Origin: Promethearchaeota archaeon
Lineage (GTDB): Archaea > Asgardarchaeota > Lokiarchaeia > Sigyniarchaeales > SOKP01
DNA length: 64,000 nucleotides
Direction: 5' to 3'
Assembly: GCA_030606485.1 (NCBI GenBank)
Contig: JAUWGH010000002.1
Location: 134,192-198,191 of the forward strand
Below are positions 28,491-38,980 of the stretch, piece after piece. Position numbers and translations under genes: made by a program. Below the pieces are notes generated by a model. That model had not been told where the DNA came from, ran no database searches, and saw nothing but the letters and a program-made list of their open reading frames with translations. How positions within the stretch are numbered: the stretch's first letter is position 1; every line of letters begins with the position of its first letter.

Positions 28491-29813
28491 TTATTCTTTA
28501 ACTAAAGTCTCTTTAACTTTAAGAAAAAGTGGAATAGAACATATAAAGAAAATTGGTGCGAAAACAAAGACGAAAGATTCTGGGACAAATCCTGTGATTA
28601 TAAAAAAAGTTGCTACTAATCCTCCAACGAAAGCCCCTATTACTTGTGATATTGTAAAAACTATATTAAATATTCCAAAGTACTTTCCTCTTTGATCTTC
28701 AGGTAATAAATCTTGAGACCATGTATCCATTGGTGTCGTAAGCCCTAAAACTCCTATTAGAATAAAAGGAAGCAAAACTACAAATAAAACAAAATTTACT
28801 TCTGTTCCAATCTTTACAAATGGTGCTAAAAAATAACCTATAATTGTAATTAAGATCGAAATCGGTATATACTTTCTACGTCCATATTTATCAGCAAGTT
28901 TACCTAAGAGCGCAGTTATGATAAACAGAATAGGAAATCCGAATGCAACTCCAATAAGTAATTCAACTGTTTGTAAGTTTAATGCAAAAATCCAAATAAA
29001 CAAAAAAGGCATTACTGTTGCAATTCCTGATCTGAAGATAGTAATGGCAAGAATTATTTTAAAAAGCTCTTTATTCGACTTAAGTTGTTTTATATTAACT
29101 ATTTCTTTAAGCTCAACAAAAAATTTCTTTTTTGGAGGCAATTCTGAAACCGGCTTTTCCTTTATAAAAAGAAATCCAATCAGACCAGCAATCATAATAC
29201 TAACTCCTCCGATTGAAAGAACAAATAAATGCCCTTCTTGTCCTATAACCGTTTCTCCAGCCACTTCTTGCCCAAATATAAGATCTGCAACTAAAAAGGC
29301 TGCAATAGCAATCAATAAACCTGAATATCCTATTATATTTATTCTCCCATTCGCTCTTCCTCTAAGTTCTAACTCTACTGTATCGGGGATTAACGATCTT
29401 TCAGATACATAATAAGCATTTGAAGTAATACCAATAATCACCACATCCAAAATAATACAAATAGTATAAGCAACCATGACATCTCCTCCTCCAAGATCTA
29501 AAGAAAAGGCAAATAAAATCATTGAAATTCCTACGATAATTCCAAATAGTAAAAATGGTCTTCGCCTACCAAATTTAGAACGTGTATTATCACTAATTAT
29601 TCCCCATATAAGGTTCATTATGAGCCCCACAACCGCCGATAAAATAACCATTACCGAGATAAAAAGTGGAGCTAGATGCAAAACTTGATCTAAATAAGTA
29701 TTTAAATAATTCTGTTCGAAGAAACCAAATATTTGATCGCCAGCGAAAAGTATTCCGATTAAAATAACTTGCCTGCGTAAAAATTTATTAAATACTTTTT
29801 CTTTTTTTTCCAT
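28491..29813 (-). CDS. MFS sugar transporter (GPH/SLC45-like)
   Basis: 440 aa, 12 TM, with GIISDNTRSKFGRRRPFLLFG loop motif. Confidence 0.75.
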   Translation of the reverse strand: MEKKEKVFNKFLRRQVILIGILFAGDQIFGFFEQNYLNTYLDQVLHLAPLFISVMVILSAVVGLIMNLIWGIISDNTRSKFGRRRPFLLFGIIVGISMILFAFSLDLGGGDVMVAYTICIILDVVIIGITSNAYYVSERSLIPDTVELELRGRANGRINIIGYSGLLIAIAAFLVADLIFGQEVAGETVIGQEGHLFVLSIGGVSIMIAGLIGFLFIKEKPVSELPPKKKFFVELKEIVNIKQLKSNKELFKIILAITIFRSGIATVMPFLFIWIFALNLQTVELLIGVAFGFPILFIITALLGKLADKYGRRKYIPISILITIIGYFLAPFVKIGTEVNFVLFVVLLPFILIGVLGLTTPMDTWSQDLLPEDQRGKYFGIFNIVFTISQVIGAFVGGLVATFFIITGFVPESFVFVFAPIFFICSIPLFLKVKETLVKE

Positions 29814-29976
29814 TTTTTAAACTCCTAGAATTAATTTTAAAAAATTCGTTTGATTATAATTTTATTTTTATTTCTTAAAAGGATATATTAATAAAGAAAA
29901 AATGAATTTTAATCTGATATAACTTAATTTGTATAATTTAGATCATTTTAAACTGATTTTTAAAGAACAAAATTCA

Positions 29977-30981
29977 CTATAACTCAAACTTATCAAATTT
30001 TACTTGTTCATATAGTTCTCTCACATCTTTTTTAGAAAATAATCCTGCACCGGACATTAAAGTATTTGCAGTCCCGCATGCCATTCCCCATCTGAAACAT
30101 TGTTCAAGATCATTTCCTAAGTAATATCCAACAATAAAACCACCTAAGAGGGAATCGCCTGAGCCAACTGTATTTATCGGATTATCCACAACAATTTTTC
30201 CGTATAAACATGTTTCTTGTAAAGCAGAAACACAAATTGAACCCCAACGATTTAAAGAAGTAATAACTATTTCTGTTTCATTAGATAATAATTCTCTTGA
30301 TTTTTTTGCAATATTTTTAATATTTTCATTCGGATTTCTTAAATACTTTTCAAATTCTGGCGAATCTGGAAAAAGGATCGCTAATTCTTCTAAATTCGGT
30401 TTTAGCAGCCAAGGTCTTGACTTGTATCCTTCAATTAATTCAAGTCCGCTAGTATCTAATGCACATCGTGCTCCTTTCTTCTTACACATTTTTATCATAT
30501 CAAAATAAATATCATTAGGGACTCCAGGAGGGATAGAACCACAAAAAGCAACAATATCATCCCGATTGACAGTATCTTTAATTAAACCCATAAAAGCATC
30601 TAATTCAGATTTATTCATAGTAAAACCTTTTTCTCTTATATGGGTAACTGAATGAGTTTTAGGGTCAATTATGGTCTTATTAGACCTTGTATAGCCATCT
30701 ATTGTATTGAATTGAAATGAAATTTGCTTCGAATCTAAAAATGAATTGTAAATTGGTATTTCTTCTTTCCCTATGCAAGCTAAAACTTTGATTTCAATAT
30801 CTTTTTCTTGTATTAGAGCCTTATTTAATGTATTAGCACTTAATGCAAAAGAGATTGCTTTTCCCAATGGGAATTTCTGACTTCTTAAAGCTTTGAATGT
30901 TCTCCCAATTTTAAAACCACTAACTTCAATTACTTCATCAATAGTAGGGTTCAATAAAACTCCAATAATTTTTTGTTCCAT
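29977..30981 (-). CDS. PfkB-family sugar(-phosphate) kinase (1-phosphofructokinase/tagatose-6-P kinase subgroup)
   Basis: 334 aa. N-terminal NPTIDE pattern and C-terminal GSGDSLLGG anion-hole motif. Confidence 0.8.
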   Translation of the reverse strand: MEQKIIGVLLNPTIDEVIEVSGFKIGRTFKALRSQKFPLGKAISFALSANTLNKALIQEKDIEIKVLACIGKEEIPIYNSFLDSKQISFQFNTIDGYTRSNKTIIDPKTHSVTHIREKGFTMNKSELDAFMGLIKDTVNRDDIVAFCGSIPPGVPNDIYFDMIKMCKKKGARCALDTSGLELIEGYKSRPWLLKPNLEELAILFPDSPEFEKYLRNPNENIKNIAKKSRELLSNETEIVITSLNRWGSICVSALQETCLYGKIVVDNPINTVGSGDSLLGGFIVGYYLGNDLEQCFRWGMACGTANTLMSGAGLFSKKDVRELYEQVKFDKFEL

Positions 30982-31183
30982 TTTTTTTAATCCTTATTCC
31001 TAATTTTTCTAATTTTATTTCGATTTCTAAGAATTTAAACGTTTTTATAACTAAACAATCATAAATTTTGAATAAGTAGAAATTATATTTTGTTTAAGTG
31101 TATGAATATTTTAAAAAGATTAAATATTTTTAATTAAAAATCATTCAATATACAATTTATTTTCAATGAACTCCACTTAACTG

Positions 31184-33961
31184 ATGAGAAGTATTGTGAA
31201 AAGTAAGAAAGAAAAAATACATTTAAAAATTAAGATTGATAGACTTTTAGATGCATTTCTTTATAGAAAAGGCTGGAGAAAATCTTGGGATCGAAGATTT
31301 CGAAATTTATATTGGTATTATCGAACGCCTTTATTATTAAAATTTTTTGAAAAAATGTTTCATTCCAATCTAAATGAATTTAATCTTTACGCATTAGGAC
31401 AATCGCATCTTGATGCATGTTGGAAATGGACTAAACTTTCCTCTATTCGGCGTGCAATTTTAACTTTTGAAAGAGCAATAAAAAATTTAAAAAAATACCC
31501 ACACTTCATTTTCAGTCAAACTTCTCCTCAGTATTATGATTGGATAAAAAAATTTAAACCTAAATTATTTGACGAATTAAAAAAGTTAGTAGAACAAGGA
31601 AAATTTGAATTAATTGGTGGAATGTGGATTGAACCAGATGCTAATTTACCTTCTGGAGAATCTTTTGTACGACAAAGATTTTATGGACAATTATTTTACA
31701 TGGAAAATTTTGGAAAATTAAGTAAAATAGCCGCATTACCTGATAGTTTTGGATTTTCTGGAAATTTACCCCAAATTTTTACTAAATCGGGAGCCGAATA
31801 TTTTTGGACTACAAAAATAACTTGGAATGATTATAATAGATTTCCTTTTGCTAACTTTTTATGGCAAGGAGTTGATGGAAGCTCTATTTTTACTCATTGT
31901 TTTGTTTATAATGTTTCAGTTTTATGGCATCTTTCAAAATATAAAGAATTAGCTAGGCAGTCAAAAAAGTCAGGTTTAGTTTTCAATTCAACTATGAATT
32001 TAGAAGAAATTAAATCTCAACTTCAAGAGAATTACGTAAAAACATGTGGGATTTTTTATGGATTTGGAGATGGAGCAATGGGTCCTTTTGAAGAGGAAAT
32101 TACATTATATTCAGAGATTGGTAGATTGGGATTATTAAAATTTACAACAATTGAAAATTTTTTTAAGATTTTGAAGAAAGAATGCAATGAATTAATCCCT
32201 ATATGGAATGATGAGTTATATCTTGAAACTCATCGGGCATGCTATACAAGTCAATCAAATATTAAAAAACTAAATCGGTCAGCAGAAATTAATTTAAGAA
32301 ATTTTGAAATATTAAATACCTTTTTTACCCTACTTTCTAAAACATATGAATATCCAAGGAGAAAAATTGAAAATATATGGAAAACGGTTCTATTCAATCA
32401 ATTTCATGATATTTTACCAGGGTCAAGTATTCAAGATGTTTATTATGAGCAAGAACCAGAATTACATAATGTTATTCATGAAACAAAACATTCCTTGCAA
32501 ATGATAATTCAAATGATCTCATTTGCACTTGTTGGTGATAAATCAAAAATAAAGGATAATAAATATCTAATCTTTAACCCTTTAAGTTGGACAAGGGACG
32601 GGACAATTAAAATTGAAAATGAAGAAAAATATATTGAACATCAGGTAAAAAGGATCCCGGCATTATCTTTTAAAATAGTAGATATATCACTCTTAAAAAA
32701 TGAAATTCAGCAAAATGATGAGAGTTTAACTGCAATAGAAACTAAAAAACAAATTATTTTGGAAAATAAGAAAATCAAACTTACTATAGACAAAAATTCA
32801 GGAAAGATTTCATCATTAATTTCAAAAATATTCAAAAAAGAGTTCATACGCTTAGGAGATGGAATTGGTTTTCATGTTTTTCGCAATAAACCTCAAAAAA
32901 AATATTGTGTTTGGAATATCGATAAGATGTATTCACGTCATCCAATAAAACTCGGTAGAGTCAAAGGTCTAAGAGTAATAAAGGAAAACAATAGTAAAAT
33001 TATGGTTAAATTTATATTTTTATTTAAAAATTCCAAAATTATTCAATATATTATTTTGCGAACAGAAGCCGATTATATTGAATTTCGAACTGAGATGGAA
33101 ATATTTGATAAAAATATGCTTTTTAAAATTAAATTTCCATTTCACTTAAACACAAATGAATTAATTTGTGAAATTCCATATGGTGCATTGAAAAGAAAAA
33201 TCGTTCCAGAAACAGAATTTGAAAAAGCTAAATGGGAATTTCCCGCACAAAAATGGGTAGCTATTTCAGATCAAAATTACGGTATCGTATTAGCAAATGA
33301 TAGTAAATATGGATTCAATTCTACGAAAAAAGGTTTATACATGACTTTGTTAAATACACCTCATTACCCAACTGATCCATTCTTTTCTTATATTAAACGA
33401 GTTCCGAGAAAAGAAAGAGAGAAATACATTGATCAAGGACATCATATTATAAGTTATGCATTGAAAATTTTCGAAGGTGATTGGGTAAAGGCAGAAGTTT
33501 GGAAATTTGGATACGAATTTAATTACCCTCTATTATTTGAGAAGATTAAAAAAGACTTTGATAATCAACGCGTTATAGAAAAATGTTTAGATACAGAAAC
33601 TAAACGAGATATAATCAAATTTATTCAAAAAGAAAATTCATTAATTGAAATAAGTGAACCTAATATAATATTAGAGGTTATAAAACCTCATGAAACAATT
33701 CCAATGGGAAAATTTGGTCAAAAGATTTTTCAAAAAGATATCAAAGAAGGATTGATTTTAAGGTTATACGAGACCACAGGTAAAACAACAAGCTGCCATA
33801 TTAAATTCAATGATTTTTTTAAATTAAAAACAGTAATTGAAACAGATTTACTTGAACTTGATAAATTTAATAAAAATATTATTAAAATTTCAGATAATCG
33901 TGAATTTAATGTTAATTTTACTCCTTTTGAGATAAAAACACTTCAAATAAAATTATATTAA
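31184..33961 (+). CDS. Glycoside hydrolase family 38 alpha-mannosidase
   Basis: 925 aa with GQSHLDACWKW, GGMWIEPD and NQFHDILPGSSI signatures. Confidence 0.85.
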   Translation: MRSIVKSKKEKIHLKIKIDRLLDAFLYRKGWRKSWDRRFRNLYWYYRTPLLLKFFEKMFHSNLNEFNLYALGQSHLDACWKWTKLSSIRRAILTFERAIKNLKKYPHFIFSQTSPQYYDWIKKFKPKLFDELKKLVEQGKFELIGGMWIEPDANLPSGESFVRQRFYGQLFYMENFGKLSKIAALPDSFGFSGNLPQIFTKSGAEYFWTTKITWNDYNRFPFANFLWQGVDGSSIFTHCFVYNVSVLWHLSKYKELARQSKKSGLVFNSTMNLEEIKSQLQENYVKTCGIFYGFGDGAMGPFEEEITLYSEIGRLGLLKFTTIENFFKILKKECNELIPIWNDELYLETHRACYTSQSNIKKLNRSAEINLRNFEILNTFFTLLSKTYEYPRRKIENIWKTVLFNQFHDILPGSSIQDVYYEQEPELHNVIHETKHSLQMIIQMISFALVGDKSKIKDNKYLIFNPLSWTRDGTIKIENEEKYIEHQVKRIPALSFKIVDISLLKNEIQQNDESLTAIETKKQIILENKKIKLTIDKNSGKISSLISKIFKKEFIRLGDGIGFHVFRNKPQKKYCVWNIDKMYSRHPIKLGRVKGLRVIKENNSKIMVKFIFLFKNSKIIQYIILRTEADYIEFRTEMEIFDKNMLFKIKFPFHLNTNELICEIPYGALKRKIVPETEFEKAKWEFPAQKWVAISDQNYGIVLANDSKYGFNSTKKGLYMTLLNTPHYPTDPFFSYIKRVPRKEREKYIDQGHHIISYALKIFEGDWVKAEVWKFGYEFNYPLLFEKIKKDFDNQRVIEKCLDTETKRDIIKFIQKENSLIEISEPNIILEVIKPHETIPMGKFGQKIFQKDIKEGLILRLYETTGKTTSCHIKFNDFFKLKTVIETDLLELDKFNKNIIKISDNREFNVNFTPFEIKTLQIKLY

Positions 33962-33988
33962 GCATTTAAATTCAAATTAATTAATCTC

Positions 33989-34045
33989 TTAAATGGTCAA
34001 AATTTTATCTTTTTCTAAAGCATTTTAAATTTTTAGACCATTTAA
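33989..34045. repeat. 10-bp perfect inverted repeat (TTAAATGGTC / GACCATTTAA) with 37-nt spacer
   Basis: Arms at 33989-33998 and 34036-34045, just downstream of the mannosidase stop. Candidate terminator hairpin or palindromic operator. Confidence 0.35.
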
Positions 34046-34230
34046 TCTAAAATTAAAGATTCGATTAAATAAAGGAAAGGAATTGCTTATAGATTTTTAT
34101 TATTTCTCTCAATTTTCTTATAAATTAATTAATTTCTGGCTATATCTATTGGTTTATATTCCTTTTTTACTTATATTATGGAATATATTTAAGAAAATAC
34201 AAATTTCTTAAAAAGAATTTAAATAATATC

Positions 34231-34602
34231 TTGTTTTTTTTAAATTTAATGGCAAAATTCCGAGTTAAAATTAAAAGACCAATTAAAGGATTTCAGTTTG
34301 TTAAAAGACACAAGTTAATATCTATTATTATTGCCTATTTCATTATTGGGATAATTTATGTTGTAATGGGATTTCTACATAATATTATTATAGGAAAACA
34401 AGTGGTATTCTCACTTTTAATAAGTATTCCTTTAGCAGCACCATTTTGGCCAATAATGATTTATGCTGACTTTAAACACATAGGCATAATGTTTCAAGAT
34501 GTTATCACATTAATCTCCGTTATTTTATTTGTAATATTTTTTTACATTATTTTCCAATGGTCAAATGAAGAAAAGAAACAATTGAATCATAATAAGAATT
34601 GA
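34231..34602 (+). CDS. Small membrane protein (unknown)
   Basis: 123 aa, three predicted TM helices, TTG start. No family recognised. Confidence 0.4.
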   Translation: MFFLNLMAKFRVKIKRPIKGFQFVKRHKLISIIIAYFIIGIIYVVMGFLHNIIIGKQVVFSLLISIPLAAPFWPIMIYADFKHIGIMFQDVITLISVILFVIFFYIIFQWSNEEKKQLNHNKN

Positions 34603-34785
34603 AAGTAAGCGAGTTAATTCTCAAAGAATTTAAAGAGTATAATTATATTCCTTTCACCATATGATAAAACATTTATACTCAATGATTAATACTTCTTTTC
34701 GATAAATTAAGGGAATTGTTTTTAAATTTTCATTATTTCTCTTTAATCATAAATTTAAATAAAAATTACTTAAGGAGATAAAAAA

Positions 34786-37290
34786 ATGAGTAAAATTAAT
34801 GAAAAATTAGAAGTTCAAAAACAAGGACCAAAGTTTCCCGTCGCGGAATCTCATGATTTATCACCAAGATCAAAATGGCTTAGGGAATATTATTTTAAAG
34901 GAGTCAAAAGAGAATGGAACAATGAATATACACCTTTTACAACCGGTACTGATTGGGATATAATTTTTTATGAAGGAGATTTCTTTATTGTCCCTGAGAT
35001 GTATCTTTTTATGGGTATCAAAGATATGGGACCATTTGCTTTTTCTTTTAGATCTAAGGCATTTCCTGTTAAATTACCTGATAATTTCTGGAAAAAATCA
35101 TTACCAGAACGTAGAGCTTTATTTTTTGAAGAAATAATGTTAAATTACATGCCTCAAGAGATTATTTCAGAAAATGATTTAATAGCAGGAGGAAGATTTA
35201 ACACTCAATTAAGTAAATGCTTCAATGAAAAAGAAGCAAAAATATTTTGGAAACAAAATTTAAAAAATAGAAACGCTGTTTTTAAATTTCATAAAAATGG
35301 CTTTGGGAATTGTGGAGCCACGGGAGGGCATATTATTGCCGATTATGAAACCGTTGTCAATAAAGGATTTAAATACATTTATGAAATTATCAAAAAAAAT
35401 TATGAAAAATTAAGTGAAAAAGAAAAAAAAGGTCCAAAGGGTAAAGAACTTAGGGCAATGATGAAATCAGCTGAAATTCCAAGAAAATTGGCTAAAAAAT
35501 ATGCTGAGGAATGTAGAAGATTAAAAAATGAGGCATCAACTCCCGAACGTACTGAAGAACTTGAACAAATGGCAAAAAACTTAGAAATAGTTCCATGGGA
35601 ACCTGCTGAAACTTTCTGGCAGGGTATTCAATCTCTATGGCTTACACATATGTTGATAATGGCTGAGGAATCTTATCCCGGACCAGGAGTTTCTTTTGGA
35701 AGAACAGACCTACACTTATGGCCTTTATATAAAAAAGATGTGATTGATGAAAAAAGCATAACAAAAGATTTCGCTAAAGAGATTTTAGGGAGTTTTTGGT
35801 TTCATTGTAACACCGTATATGACGCTCAAATAAAGGTCGGAGGGAATCAAGGAATCAATTCTGGTTTCGGGCAGTTAATAACCTTATCTGGATGTGGAGC
35901 ACATGGAGAGGATTTATCAAATGAATTGACATATACAATATTAGAAGTTATAGATGAATGGAGCCCTATTTTGGAACCCAAACCAAATATTCGATTACAT
36001 CGAAATACTCCTGATAAATTACTTGATATTATTGTTGATATGATTACAAGCGCTCAAGGAGCTCCGTTTTTATTAAATTTCGATGAACGAAGTATTGCTG
36101 GAATGATTGTGGAAGGCATTCCTAAAGAGAAAGCATGGGATTATGCTTGTGTTGGTTGTCTAGAGAATACTATGCAAGGAAATGACCGCTCAGGCACAGT
36201 TAATTGCAATCCAAATTTAGCTAAAAGCATAGAATTAACTCTATGGAACGGAAAAAATATGCCTGATAAAAATGATACATCGAAATCAAAAGAACAATTT
36301 GGTCCAAAAACTGGAGATCCAGAAATTTTTGAGACATGGGAAGATTTTTGGAACACATGGGTTGAACAGATGAAATTTCTTATAAAATATACCGTTGATG
36401 TATATAATTTAGCGGAAGAACTCCGTGGAAAATATCTCCCAACGCCATATTTATCAACTATCGTCAGAGGATGTGCAGAAAAGGGATTGGACGTTAGACA
36501 AGGCGGTCCAGAATTGAGATTTATAACAATTGAAGGTGTTGGATATGCAACTACAGTAGATTCTTTATTAGCAATAAAGAAATATGTTTATGAAGACAAA
36601 AAATATACCATTGCTCTAGTTAAAAAGGCTTTAATGGAAGATTTTCAAGGCAAAGATAATGCTATAATGCAAACTTTATTTGTGAATAAAGCACCTAAAT
36701 TTGGGGTTGATAATGATGAGTTTGATGAATTAGGTCGAATGGTAATGAAAATTTGGTCCGATGAATGCTGGAAATATGAAACTCCAACTAATTTTCAATT
36801 CCGCGGCGGAATGCTTTCATGGAATTACTGGGCTGGGACGGATGCCGCAAATACTATCGCTACTCCAAACGGTAGGAATAAAGGAAGATTCTTATCAAAT
36901 GCGATTTGTCCTACAAATGGAGCGGATATAAAAGGTCCAACGGCGGTAACTAATTCGGTAGGAAAAGTTTTAGGTGGTAAGACTGAGGATGGAGAATATA
37001 AAAATTATTTACCTAATGGAGCAAGTCATATCATATCGTTTAATCCCAGTATCTTACGAGATCCTGAACATAAAAGTAAATTTAAAGCTTATTTACGAGG
37101 ATATATTGAAAATGGTGGTACAGCTTTGCAAATAAACATGATAGATGCTGAAATGTTAAAAGATGCACAAAAACATCCTCAGAATTACAAAAATTTGCTT
37201 GTAAGAGTCACAGGTTATAACGCCTACTTTCATGCGATTGGAAGGGAACTTCAAGATGAGATAATTGCTAGGGAGTCTCATCAAATGTAA
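34786..37290 (+). CDS. Glycyl radical enzyme of the PFL2/glycerol-dehydratase-like (1,2-eliminase) group, substrate unknown
   Basis: 834 aa. C-terminal glycyl-radical motif RVTGYNAYF. Cys loop ACVGCLEN (GCxE, as in the dehydratase/lyase GREs rather than the CC pair of PflB). Strong SD (AAGGAG) 8 nt upstream of the ATG. Confidence 0.9.
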   Translation: MSKINEKLEVQKQGPKFPVAESHDLSPRSKWLREYYFKGVKREWNNEYTPFTTGTDWDIIFYEGDFFIVPEMYLFMGIKDMGPFAFSFRSKAFPVKLPDNFWKKSLPERRALFFEEIMLNYMPQEIISENDLIAGGRFNTQLSKCFNEKEAKIFWKQNLKNRNAVFKFHKNGFGNCGATGGHIIADYETVVNKGFKYIYEIIKKNYEKLSEKEKKGPKGKELRAMMKSAEIPRKLAKKYAEECRRLKNEASTPERTEELEQMAKNLEIVPWEPAETFWQGIQSLWLTHMLIMAEESYPGPGVSFGRTDLHLWPLYKKDVIDEKSITKDFAKEILGSFWFHCNTVYDAQIKVGGNQGINSGFGQLITLSGCGAHGEDLSNELTYTILEVIDEWSPILEPKPNIRLHRNTPDKLLDIIVDMITSAQGAPFLLNFDERSIAGMIVEGIPKEKAWDYACVGCLENTMQGNDRSGTVNCNPNLAKSIELTLWNGKNMPDKNDTSKSKEQFGPKTGDPEIFETWEDFWNTWVEQMKFLIKYTVDVYNLAEELRGKYLPTPYLSTIVRGCAEKGLDVRQGGPELRFITIEGVGYATTVDSLLAIKKYVYEDKKYTIALVKKALMEDFQGKDNAIMQTLFVNKAPKFGVDNDEFDELGRMVMKIWSDECWKYETPTNFQFRGGMLSWNYWAGTDAANTIATPNGRNKGRFLSNAICPTNGADIKGPTAVTNSVGKVLGGKTEDGEYKNYLPNGASHIISFNPSILRDPEHKSKFKAYLRGYIENGGTALQINMIDAEMLKDAQKHPQNYKNLLVRVTGYNAYFHAIGRELQDEIIARESHQM

Positions 37291-37339
37291 AAACATATGG
37301 ATTTCGATAAATAAAATAAAAAAAGAGTTGAAAAATAAA

Positions 37340-38224
37340 ATGATTAAAAAAAAAGGATTAACAGAATGGTATCCGGAATTTTCCGAGGAAGCAATTACTT
37401 TTACAGAGCCAGAAGTTATGGTAAAATTAGTTTCAACGATTGATCCCCGTGGTTGGCCTCATATAACTCTTATTTCTAGTAATCGAGCAAAAAATAAAAA
37501 TCAGGTGGTTTGGGGTCAATTTGCTGAAGGATTAAGCAAGAAGTATGTCGAAAATAATCCAAAACAAGGAATATTTTGGATGACGGCAGAGATGCCATTT
37601 AAAATTCTTCAAGCAAAAGTAAAGCTGAATTTTACGAAAACAGAGGGAGAAGATATCGAATATTTTAATAAATTAGATCTTATGAGATATAATGCATATC
37701 TTAGTATTTGGAAAATTTTTTATAATGATGTTATAGCAGTATCTCCAATAAGGAAATTATCTTTGGGGGGAATTGTTAAAGGAATTATATTAGATATGAT
37801 TGGAAAAGGCGCAGCAAAAACAAAACTGTCTGAAAAACGTTTAAATGTTCTTGGGTATAAATTGTTTAAAGGTCCAATAAATCCTAAATTTATTTCTTAT
37901 ATTGACCCTTCCGATGGCTATCCGATTATTATTCCGTGTATTCAATTACAAGCTGCTGATCATAATCGGTTAATCTTTCCACTTACAGTTTTAAAAGAAG
38001 ATTTAAAGAAAATTCCACATAATTCCAAAATCGCTGTTTTTGGAATGAATACAGATTTAGTTAGTCAATTAGTTAATGGAACATTTCTAGGGTTTAAAAA
38101 ATTTAGGGGAATAAAGTTTGGCGTAGTTGAAATTGAAGAGATTTATAATAGTAGTCCCCCTTTAATAGGAAAAATATATCCGGAAATAGAAACACGACCC
38201 AAAGTTACAAATTTTCAATTATAA
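37340..38224 (+). CDS. Tandem split-beta-barrel (pyridoxamine-5'-phosphate-oxidase-like) protein
   Basis: About 294 aa from the ATG at 37340 (the track start at 37265 overlaps the GRE). Two similar halves each carry a ...IDPxxGxPxI... strand pattern (VSTIDPRGWPHITLIS; ISYIDPSDGYPIIIPC), as in PNPOx-like FMN-binding barrels. Confidence 0.45.
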   Translation: MIKKKGLTEWYPEFSEEAITFTEPEVMVKLVSTIDPRGWPHITLISSNRAKNKNQVVWGQFAEGLSKKYVENNPKQGIFWMTAEMPFKILQAKVKLNFTKTEGEDIEYFNKLDLMRYNAYLSIWKIFYNDVIAVSPIRKLSLGGIVKGIILDMIGKGAAKTKLSEKRLNVLGYKLFKGPINPKFISYIDPSDGYPIIIPCIQLQAADHNRLIFPLTVLKEDLKKIPHNSKIAVFGMNTDLVSQLVNGTFLGFKKFRGIKFGVVEIEEIYNSSPPLIGKIYPEIETRPKVTNFQL

Positions 38225-38492
38225 TTATCTTTTTTTTCTTATCTTTAGTTTCAATAAAAATATTAACATTTAGAATCTAATTTTTCATTTTTTTAAATAA
38301 TTAATTGAAGGAAATTGATTTTCTAAGAGGAATTAAAAAATTCAATATTAAGAGTTTTTGATTTATTATTGGTAAAATTTACTGAATTCTTATAGAAACA
38401 ATACCTATTTAAATATTAAGCGGTTTAAATATAAACTGTTTATTTAAGAAATATTAAAAAATTATAAAAGAAAAAATGAGGTAAAATTTAAA

Positions 38493-38855
38493 ATGTCAAG
38501 CAATCAACTCGAATTTTTTGCAAAAGTGAAGAAATTAGCAGAAGAAAATGAGGAATTAAAAGAAGAATTAGAGGATCTTGATGAAATTAGAGCTCAAAAC
38601 ATAATTACCGATGCAAATTTTAAATTTTGGATCAAACTTGGAGAAGGGAAGTTTGATTATGGCGAAGGAGAGATAGAAAATCCTTCATTTACAATGTCTT
38701 GTACTGCAGCTATTATGACGGGTATAGGAACGGGAGAGGTTGACGCTACTTCAGCTTATATGGCAGGAGACTTAGTTATAGAAGGAAATCTACAAGATGC
38801 AATAGCATATGGTGAAATTACTGGAGTCGCCAGAGATATTTTGGAAGAAGAATAA
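38493..38855 (+). CDS. SCP2 (sterol-carrier-protein-2)-like small protein
   Basis: 120 aa. An acidic N-terminal helix, then FKFWIKLGEG...TSAYMAGDLVIEGNLQDAIAY, matching the SCP2 C-terminal AFMxGKLKIxGNmxxAmKL pattern. Confidence 0.55.
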   Translation: MSSNQLEFFAKVKKLAEENEELKEELEDLDEIRAQNIITDANFKFWIKLGEGKFDYGEGEIENPSFTMSCTAAIMTGIGTGEVDATSAYMAGDLVIEGNLQDAIAYGEITGVARDILEEE

Positions 38856-38980
38856 GATAATCCCAAAAAATAAATGATTTATTCTAATTTTTTTTTTTAA
38901 CTCTTTTTAGAATAATAAAACAAACTTTATTTTTATAATATTTTTCATTATTTATCCATTATAAAACAATTTCTCTTAAA

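Noticed and set aside
28918-29688. Plus-strand ORFs 28918..29412 and 29476..29688
   Set aside because: Both are antisense to the MFS sugar transporter gene 28491..29813.
37265-37339. Upstream extension of the split-barrel gene overlapping the GRE stop
   Set aside because: The leader is Lys/Ile-rich with no homology logic. The ATG at 37340 gives a clean 49-nt intergenic gap.
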